The notes beneath the pieces were generated by a model. It did no database searches and was not told the origin of the DNA. It was given only the letters and a program-made list of their open reading frames with translations. A stretch of 32,000 nt of DNA from Caldivirga maquilingensis IC-167 (lineage in GTDB: Archaea; Thermoproteota; Thermoprotei; Thermoproteales; Thermocladiaceae). The translations under genes were made by a program, and so were the position numbers. The DNA lies in NCBI RefSeq assembly GCF_000018305.1, contig NC_009954.1:1350001-1382000 (forward strand), read 5' to 3'. Each line of letters begins with the position of its first letter. Position 1 is the first letter of the stretch. Shown in pieces: positions 25,799-32,000 of the stretch.

Positions 25799-28051
25799 AT
25801 GATAATTGAGTTGGCTAGGAGTGATGAGGTCTTATCTAGGCTACTGGCTGATAATGGGCACCAGGTCATATACGCTAATGTTGAGAATGGGGAGAGGGTG
25901 GAGCCAAGCCTTGATGTTGATTACGTGAAGCCAAGTGAGCTAGCTAATGCACTTAAGGCAATGGGCATAAGTAGGCTTTACGAATACCAGTATAAGGCAT
26001 ACCTCAGCATAACTGGGGGGAGGAACACAATAATAACGTCAGGTACTGGAACAGGTAAGACTGAGGCGTTCCTAATACCCATAATCGCCAGGGCCCTTAA
26101 CCACAGGAGGGAGGTCATCATCTACCCAACCAAGGCCTTAGCCAGGGATCAGGAATCCAGGTTCAGGGCCTTAGCTGAGCCACTGGGGTTAAGGGTAACC
26201 ACGTATGATGCTGATTCCCCATCAGAGGTTAGGAGGGGGGTTTACGATGGTGAGTACTCCCTGGTTTTAACTAACCCAGACATGTTGAATACGGCTATGA
26301 TTCATGTCCCAGCCTTCAGGAGGTTTATGGCAACTGTGGATTACGTCACAATAGATGAGATCCATGTCTATAATGGGGTACTGGGATCACACATGCATTA
26401 CTTAATTAAAAGGATTAGGCACCTCAACCCGGGGGTTAAGTTCGCTGCAGCATCAGCAACAATAGGTAACCCAACCCAGTACTTCAGTAACCTAGTGGGC
26501 TCTGAGGTTACTCACATTGAGGGTATTAGGGGGGTGAGGGGGGAGTTGGTTCACGTAATGCTTAGGCCAATTAGGAGGGGGAAGCTCCAGGAGGTTACTA
26601 ACCTGGTTAAGCTGTGTATTGAATTAGGTAGGAAGTGCATAGTCTTCGCTGATAGCCACTGGATGGTGGAGGTTATTAAGAGGATGATTAACTCCATGGG
26701 CCTTGGCGGTAAGGTGGCTGTACATAGGGCTGGGTTAAGGCCTGATGAGAGGAGGAGGGTTGAGGACTCCTTCAAATCCGGTGAACTACAAGCGGTATTA
26801 GCCACACCCACACTGGAACTGGGTATCGACATTGGTGACGCTGACTTCGCAGTAATGGCCACTAACCCACCCAGCTTCATAAAGTACCTTCAAAGAGCTG
26901 GGAGGGTTGGCAGGAGGGGTCAGAGGGCTTATGTTATTCAGGTGCTTGGGGATGACCCAATGAGCACCTACTACGCCAACCACCCTGAGGAATTCTACAA
27001 TAGGTCACCTGAACCAATGTTCATGGAGCCTAACAATGATGAGGTTGCTGTAAGGCACCTACTAGCAATGATTAGGGAATCAGCGGTTAAGTTAAGTGAA
27101 CTCGACGATTATTTAAGGGGACTCGTAAGTGGATTGGTTAATGAAGGGTTAGTATCCATTAGGGGTGATAGGGTTTTCCTAACAGAGGATGGGTTAAGGG
27201 TCATTAATTCATTCAACGTGATTAGGGGGAATGGGGATGTTGTGGTGATTAGGCGTAAGGGAGGTGGGTTAATTGGGTATAGGGAGATGCCCATGGCTAT
27301 TAAGGAACTTCACCCAGGGGCAATATACATGCACGGTGGCTTAACCTATAGGGTTCTTGAACTAGATGTGAGGCATAGGAGAGCCATAGTGGTTCCTGAG
27401 GATTCAAGTGAATTAATCACTAAGGCGCTGTATAACAGTAACCCCACTGTGGTCAATGTTATTGAGGAGTCAAGTTACAAGGGTATTCCAATAAGGTACG
27501 CTGTACTTGATATTGAGGAGGAGGTGTATGGATACGTGGTTAAGAGGATGAGCAGTAATGAGACCCTTGGTGAATATAGGTTAAGTGAACCAATAAGGTA
27601 TAGGTTCAGGACTAAGGGCATAATACTCAACATGCCTCCAGTAAACTTCTCAGCAGTGGAGTTAAGGGACTTAGTGGAGAAGGGTAAGGCCTACCACGCC
27701 ACTGAACACGTATTAATATCGGCTGGTGAAGTTGTCGCCAACGCGGCGCCAACAGACATGGGTGGTATATCATATCCAACAGGCCACATTGTAATATATG
27801 ACTCATACCCAGGGGGCTCCGGGGTTACTAAGCTAGTAATGGAGAGGATTGATAAGGTTATTGACATAGCCTACAGCATTGTAACCTCATGTAATTGTAG
27901 GGATGGTTGCCCAAGATGCGTATACTCACCCTACTGTGGTAATAATAATAGGATGTTGTCACGCTTAAACGCAATAAGGGTTCTTGAAGCCGCCTTAAGG
28001 GGGGAGAGGGGTATTGATGAGCCCCCGCCCTTTGAGGGTTCAATACCATGA
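25799..28051 (+). CDS. DExH-box helicase with a C-terminal DUF1998-type Cys-cluster domain (COG1205 / MrfA(YprA)-like), about 750 aa
   Basis: Helicase motifs: motif I TSGTGTGKTEAF, motif II DEIH, motif III SAT and motif VI QRAGRVGRRG. The C-terminus has ATEHVLISAG...IYDSYPGGSGVTK...CNCRDGCPRCVYSPYCGNNNRMLSR, a four-Cys cluster. I place the start at ATG 25799, which has GGAGGT 5 nt upstream. The ORF-track TTG 25757 is less likely. Confidence 0.9.
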   Translation: MIIELARSDEVLSRLLADNGHQVIYANVENGERVEPSLDVDYVKPSELANALKAMGISRLYEYQYKAYLSITGGRNTIITSGTGTGKTEAFLIPIIARALNHRREVIIYPTKALARDQESRFRALAEPLGLRVTTYDADSPSEVRRGVYDGEYSLVLTNPDMLNTAMIHVPAFRRFMATVDYVTIDEIHVYNGVLGSHMHYLIKRIRHLNPGVKFAAASATIGNPTQYFSNLVGSEVTHIEGIRGVRGELVHVMLRPIRRGKLQEVTNLVKLCIELGRKCIVFADSHWMVEVIKRMINSMGLGGKVAVHRAGLRPDERRRVEDSFKSGELQAVLATPTLELGIDIGDADFAVMATNPPSFIKYLQRAGRVGRRGQRAYVIQVLGDDPMSTYYANHPEEFYNRSPEPMFMEPNNDEVAVRHLLAMIRESAVKLSELDDYLRGLVSGLVNEGLVSIRGDRVFLTEDGLRVINSFNVIRGNGDVVVIRRKGGGLIGYREMPMAIKELHPGAIYMHGGLTYRVLELDVRHRRAIVVPEDSSELITKALYNSNPTVVNVIEESSYKGIPIRYAVLDIEEEVYGYVVKRMSSNETLGEYRLSEPIRYRFRTKGIILNMPPVNFSAVELRDLVEKGKAYHATEHVLISAGEVVANAAPTDMGGISYPTGHIVIYDSYPGGSGVTKLVMERIDKVIDIAYSIVTSCNCRDGCPRCVYSPYCGNNNRMLSRLNAIRVLEAALRGERGIDEPPPFEGSIP

Positions 28052-28091
28052 GGAACTTCCCCTAAATAATTGAGCCATACCGAGGATAAGG

Positions 28092-28098
28092 TTAAATA
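28092..28098 (+). promoter_or_regulatory. TATA box (TTAAATA) for the dehydrogenase gene
   Basis: Ends 21 nt before ATG 28120. Confidence 0.5.
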
Positions 28099-28119
28099 GT
28101 GGTCGAATACCTAACGCTA

Positions 28120-29169
28120 ATGAAGGCGGTAACAGTTATTCCCAGTGTCCCGGAGTCCTTAAGATTAAGAGATGTTGATAAGCCTAAACCTAATCATGGT
28201 CAAGTACTACTTAAGCCGATTAGGGTTGGGATATGTGGTACAGATAAGGAGATTATTGAAGGCAAGTACGGTAAGGCACCACCGGGTAGTCAATACCTGA
28301 TACTTGGTCATGAGGCGTTAGCGGTCGTGGAGGAGCTTGGGGATGGTGTGGATAATGTGGCTGTGGGCGATGTCGTGGTACCAACGGTTAGGAGACCCCT
28401 TGACTGCAACCTACCCGTTGACTACTGTCCAATGGGGCATTACGTGGAGCATGGTATATGGGGGCTTCATGGGCATGCAGCCGAATACTCAGTAACAGAC
28501 GCCAAGTACCTTGTTAAGGTACCCAAGGAGTTAATTGATGTGGCCGTATTAACAGAGCCATTAAGCGTAGTTGAGAAGGGTATTGATGTGGCGCTTAGCG
28601 TAGGTGGTTCAAGGTTCGAGTGGAGGCCTAGGAGTGCGTTAATACTTGGGGCTGGGCCAATAGGCCTACTCTCAACAATGGTTCTTAGATTAATGGGCCT
28701 ATTAACAACCACCGTAGCCACTAGGCCTCCTGATAGTCTTAAGGCTAGGTTGGTTAGGGAATTGGGGGGAGTTTACGTGGATTCTGCATTAAGCAGCATA
28801 GAGGGTGTCTTTGACCTAGTGGTGGAGGCAACAGGATCCCCCCAGGTCATGGTGGATGGTTTAAGGCACCTAGCCCCTAATGGAGTAATGGTGCTCCTCG
28901 GGGTTTACCCACCTGGTGGGGTTATTAATGACTTAGGTAATGTGTTAACGGACTCAGTCCTTAATAATAAGGTTTTAGTTGGATCAGTGAATGCTGGTGT
29001 TAAGCACTTTGAATTAGGCTTAAGGCATATGGCTGAGGCTAAGGGTAGGTTTGGTGACTGGCTTAGTAGATTAATCACGAAGAGGGCTACCCTTGATAAT
29101 TACCAGGAAGCCTACTCCTGGACCCATGACGACATTAAGACCGTCCTTGAAATAAACCCACTTAATTAA
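28120..29169 (+). CDS. Zn-dependent MDR-family dehydrogenase, glucose 1-dehydrogenase-like (349 aa)
   Basis: Contains GICGTDKEIIEGKYG, LGHEALAVVEE, AKYLVKVPK and LGAGPIGLL, a pattern close to archaeal glucose dehydrogenases. Start is ATG 28120 (MKAVTVIP), supported by promoter spacing. Confidence 0.75.
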   Translation: MKAVTVIPSVPESLRLRDVDKPKPNHGQVLLKPIRVGICGTDKEIIEGKYGKAPPGSQYLILGHEALAVVEELGDGVDNVAVGDVVVPTVRRPLDCNLPVDYCPMGHYVEHGIWGLHGHAAEYSVTDAKYLVKVPKELIDVAVLTEPLSVVEKGIDVALSVGGSRFEWRPRSALILGAGPIGLLSTMVLRLMGLLTTTVATRPPDSLKARLVRELGGVYVDSALSSIEGVFDLVVEATGSPQVMVDGLRHLAPNGVMVLLGVYPPGGVINDLGNVLTDSVLNNKVLVGSVNAGVKHFELGLRHMAEAKGRFGDWLSRLITKRATLDNYQEAYSWTHDDIKTVLEINPLN

Positions 29170-29208
29170 GGGAGGCAATAATACTAATTAAGCATGCATG
29201 AAGCAGAA

Positions 29209-29613
29209 TCAGGATGCTGCATTAACCTCCTCAGCCAGCTTCTCCTCAGGCTTAATTGAAGCCATCTTATCCATCACACTCCTTATAACGTTCATTAATT
29301 CAGCATCACTCTTAACTTCATCAAGATTCATGCAGTTGGTTAATATGTCCTTAAATAATTGAGTCGTTAAATCACTCTTCAACGTACTTATCGCCCTCCT
29401 ATACTCTGAAAGGAAGTCCCCTGTTAGGAAGTTAACAACATCATTAACACTCTTGAACCCACCCTCAGCGTTCCTAAGTTCATTAACTATCGTCTCAATG
29501 GAGTAGAGTATGTTCGCATCATTCTCCTTAAACCCAGCTATCAACTTTGAGTAAGCCTTATTAACGCAGTACCTAACGAACTTGTACGTTAATGGATGCG
29601 GTGCCTGCTGCAT
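29209..29613 (-). CDS. Hypothetical helical protein (134 aa)
   Basis: ORF with its own TATA (TTTATAAA at 29635-29642, 21 nt upstream of ATG 29613). I recognise no motif. Confidence 0.55.
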   Translation of the reverse strand: MQQAPHPLTYKFVRYCVNKAYSKLIAGFKENDANILYSIETIVNELRNAEGGFKSVNDVVNFLTGDFLSEYRRAISTLKSDLTTQLFKDILTNCMNLDEVKSDAELMNVIRSVMDKMASIKPEEKLAEEVNAAS

Positions 29614-29666
29614 AATGCATTCAGGAAACCAGTGTTTATAAACAATTTCGTGAAATTAACACTGCC

Positions 29667-30734
29667 TCACTTTAACTCAGCGCCGAGTGCTCTCTCATGG
29701 GTTATCTTTAGGTACGTTATGAGTTTATCCCTCAACGGCCCATTAATCAATTCATCAATCAACTCCCTAGTACCGGTGCATTTCAGAGCTGACGTTAACC
29801 TGTATGGGTATCCCAAGTCTCTTAAGGATTCCTCAACAACCTTAACCTCCTCCTCAGTGGCTAAGTCAACCTTATTGATTACGGCAATTATGTCGGCTTT
29901 AAAGCTTTGACTAATCTCCTTAAGTAGGTTTAATTGCTGATTAAGCGCATAGCCACTATGCTGGGTTGGGTCAATCATGAACACTATTGAGTCCGCTAAG
30001 TGCCTTAACGCTAAAATAGCTTGAAGCTCAATCCTATTCCTCTCACTAAGCGGTCTATCCAGTAACCCTGGGGTATCAATAACCTGGACAGCGTACATGC
30101 CGTATACCTTAACGTGGCCTATTATGATTTGTTTAGTTGTGAATGGGTAATCGGCTATTTCAGGCTTCTTCGTTGAGACGCAGGCCACTAGGCTACTCTT
30201 ACCGGTATTGGGCATTCCTGAGATGACTATTGTGGGCTTCTCAACGCTTACGGATGGTAGCCTACTAATCTTAATCGCAGCCTCCTTCAATGTCCTTAAC
30301 TCTGGTTCTAAATCATTTATTAGGTCAATTATTCTTGATAAATACATTCTCCTAGCCTTAATTATCTCATCCTTATCCTGAGCGTACTTAATCATCCTTA
30401 ACGCGTCCCTACTTATACTACTCACCGCCTTACTTGAATTAATGAGTTTACCCAGTGAATGCTTATAATCATCAATATTAATTATAATGCCTATCAACTC
30501 CCTGTAGAAGGGGTGTAGATCATTCATGAAAGGCATGTTATATACAATACCCCTAAATAAGCTGAGCAACCAGCCTGAAGTCCCCTTAACCCTAGCCACC
30601 TCAAGTCTCCTCAACCTTTCAATACCGGGAAGTGAGGTCGGTGACTTAGCTTCCATTGACCTATACTTACTAATGAACTGCCTAACAGCCTCCTCTGCAT
30701 TGGGAATGTATGGTAACGTTGACTTGAAGTTCAC
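29667..30734 (-). CDS. NOG1-family GTP-binding protein (archaeal Nog1/Obg-class GTPase), 355 aa
   Basis: Helical N-terminal NOG1-type domain followed by G1 GMPNTGKSS, G2 YPFTT, G3 DTPGLLDRP and G4 NKVD. GTG start, with TATA-like TTTATTAATA about 20 nt upstream. Confidence 0.85.
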   Translation of the reverse strand: MNFKSTLPYIPNAEEAVRQFISKYRSMEAKSPTSLPGIERLRRLEVARVKGTSGWLLSLFRGIVYNMPFMNDLHPFYRELIGIIINIDDYKHSLGKLINSSKAVSSISRDALRMIKYAQDKDEIIKARRMYLSRIIDLINDLEPELRTLKEAAIKISRLPSVSVEKPTIVISGMPNTGKSSLVACVSTKKPEIADYPFTTKQIIIGHVKVYGMYAVQVIDTPGLLDRPLSERNRIELQAILALRHLADSIVFMIDPTQHSGYALNQQLNLLKEISQSFKADIIAVINKVDLATEEEVKVVEESLRDLGYPYRLTSALKCTGTRELIDELINGPLRDKLITYLKITHERALGAELK

Positions 30735-30770
30735 GTGAACGTTACTAAACCACCTATTAATAAACCGTCC

Positions 30771-30793
30771 GCCTCCTAGTTTGCCTCCTAGTT
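30771..30793. repeat. Tandem direct repeat GCCTCCTAGTT x2 (period 12) abutting the psmB TATA
   Basis: Copies at 30771-30781 and 30783-30793 are identical. TATA-like GTTTAAAA follows at 30797-30804. The repeat lies in the NOG1/psmB divergent promoter region. Confidence 0.7.
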
Positions 30794-30837
30794 AAAGTTT
30801 AAAACGCCTCAGTGGAGGGAAGTGAAGGTGTACTGTA

Positions 30838-31440
30838 ATGTCTGATCAACTCGAATTAATGACTGGAACCACGGTTGGTATAAAAGCTAAGGATGGTGTT
30901 GTCCTGGCAGCTGAGAAGAGGGTTTCATACGGCTTCTACCTAATGAGTAAGTCAGGTAAGAAGGTTTACCCAATAACTAATAGGATTGGGTTAGCCTCAT
31001 CAGGTATTTTAGCTGATATTCAAACAATAACTAAGGTAATTAGGGCTAATATAGCTAACATGGAGATAGAAATGAAGAGGCCTGTCTCAGTTAGGGCAGC
31101 CGCCAAGTTACTGAGCATAATGCTGTTTCAAAACAAGTACATGCCCTACATAGCTGAAACCATGGTTGGTGGTATTGATGAGGAGGGGCCTAAATTATTC
31201 ATACTTGACTCATGGGGTTCATTAATTGAGGATGACTTCGCGGCTCTAGGTAATGGCGCTAGAACAGCCATAGGCCTAATAGAGACAGGTTACTCAAGCA
31301 GTATAACTGTTAAGGAGGCTAAGGAGTTAGCCATAAAGGCGATTAAGGAGGCTATTGCAAGGGACCCAACCTCAGGGGATGGTATAGATACCTTAGTAAT
31401 AACCGGCAACGGCTACTTAGAGGATTCAATTAAGCTTTAG
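30838..31440 (+). CDS. psmB: Proteasome subunit beta (200 aa)
   Basis: A short propeptide is followed by G|TTVGIKAKDGVVLAAEKR, containing the catalytic Thr1 and the typical beta-subunit core. Confidence 0.95.
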   Translation: MSDQLELMTGTTVGIKAKDGVVLAAEKRVSYGFYLMSKSGKKVYPITNRIGLASSGILADIQTITKVIRANIANMEIEMKRPVSVRAAAKLLSIMLFQNKYMPYIAETMVGGIDEEGPKLFILDSWGSLIEDDFAALGNGARTAIGLIETGYSSSITVKEAKELAIKAIKEAIARDPTSGDGIDTLVITGNGYLEDSIKL

Positions 31441-31472
31441 TGAATTACACAGGATCCTAAAGTGGCTGCGTA

Positions 31473-32000
31473 ATGCTTGTTGACTCCCACACCCACTTAT
31501 ATGAATTCAACAGTGATGAGTTAAGGAGTTTCAGTGAAATAGTTCTTGTCTCCGTGGCTGAGGATGTTGAATCATCAATGCTTGTCCTTAAATTAACAGA
31601 GGAATTCAGTAATGTTAATCCATGCATTGGTATACATCCATGGAACGTTAATAAAGTACCCTTCAGTGACGTCAATGTTATTGAGAATTTAGTGAAGAAT
31701 AATGATGTTAGGTGTCTTGGGGAGGTTGGTTTGGATCTTAAGTTTGTACCAGATACCATTGATAAGCAGAGGAGGTTCTTCAATGAGTTCCTAAGGATGG
31801 CTAGGGAATACGACCTAGTCCTCAACATCCACTCCCCTAACGCATGGGGGGAGGTGTTTGAAATGCTCATTAAGGCCGATGTAAATAGGGTAATGTTCCA
31901 CTGGTACACTGGGCCTCTTGACTTAATAAGTGACTTAACGGAACAGGGCTACTACATATCGATTAACGCGGCCATTAAGATTCAGGAGAAGTCCAGGAAG
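31473..32000 (+). CDS. TatD-family metal-dependent hydrolase (partial, runs off the window end)
   Basis: Absent from the ORF track because it has no stop in the window. My translation from ATG 31473 gives MLVDSHTHLYEF...GIHPWN...CLGEVGLDLKF...VLNIHSPNAW...VMFHWYTG. These are the TatD metal-ligand motifs (DSHTH, GE.GLD, H, HW..G). Confidence 0.85.
   Translation, partial: MLVDSHTHLYEFNSDELRSFSEIVLVSVAEDVESSMLVLKLTEEFSNVNPCIGIHPWNVNKVPFSDVNVIENLVKNNDVRCLGEVGLDLKFVPDTIDKQRRFFNEFLRMAREYDLVLNIHSPNAWGEVFEMLIKADVNRVMFHWYTGPLDLISDLTEQGYYISINAAIKIQEKSRK

Noticed and set aside
31457-31909. 150-aa minus-strand ORF from the track
   Set aside because: It is the antisense shadow of the clearly recognisable TatD hydrolase on the + strand (31473 onward). 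It has an S/L/T-rich low-complexity composition and no motifs.
1-32000. CRISPR arrays, IS elements, rRNA
   Set aside because: I saw no regularly spaced direct repeats of 24-37 nt, no transposase-like ORFs or terminal inverted repeats, and no rRNA-like conserved blocks while reading the window.

Overview
The window looks like core chromosome from a hyperthermophilic crenarchaeon. The taxon is an inference from gene content (Nop5, LysW carrier pathway, NOG1 GTPase, proteasome beta), AGG/AGA/TTA/ATA-rich codon usage, and TATA boxes about 20-23 nt upstream of start codons, which implies leaderless mRNAs. A Thermoproteales relative such as Caldivirga or Vulcanisaeta is plausible but unverified. 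Gene order: a nuoJ-nuoK-(nuoM/N-like)-nuoL respiratory cluster (-), nop5 (+), a PAP2 phosphatase, a Zn-ribbon protein, a 567-bp AT-rich spacer, tRNA-Ser(GGA), a DMT/EamA-like permease, an ABC-exporter membrane domain with no ATPase domain, a GH38 alpha-mannosidase, a translationally coupled KaiC/RadA-like ATPase plus Fap7/AK6-like kinase, an MFS permease, a macro-domain protein, a four-CBS protein with a C-terminal HPF/RaiA-like domain, carA-carB plus a coupled RimK-family ligase (ArgX candidate), the convergent lysY-lysZ / lysW-lysX cluster, a hypothetical gene followed by a DExH helicase with a DUF1998 Cys-cluster domain, a glucose-dehydrogenase-like MDR enzyme, a small hypothetical, NOG1 GTPase, proteasome beta and a truncated TatD hydrolase. 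I found no CRISPR array, transposase, integrase or rRNA. The items most worth follow-up are: (1) the CBS x4 / HPF-like fusion, a candidate adenosine-ligand-gated ribosome hibernation factor; (2) lysY/argC, which has no canonical start codon upstream of its NAD(P)-binding motif; (3) a GC-rich nested-hairpin ncRNA candidate at 5474-5560; (4) a 5-codon Arg-containing mini-ORF overlapping the carA start; (5) the two small operons built around the DUF1998 helicase and the KaiC-like ATPase. Several ORF-track starts appear over-extended and were revised using promoter geometry.
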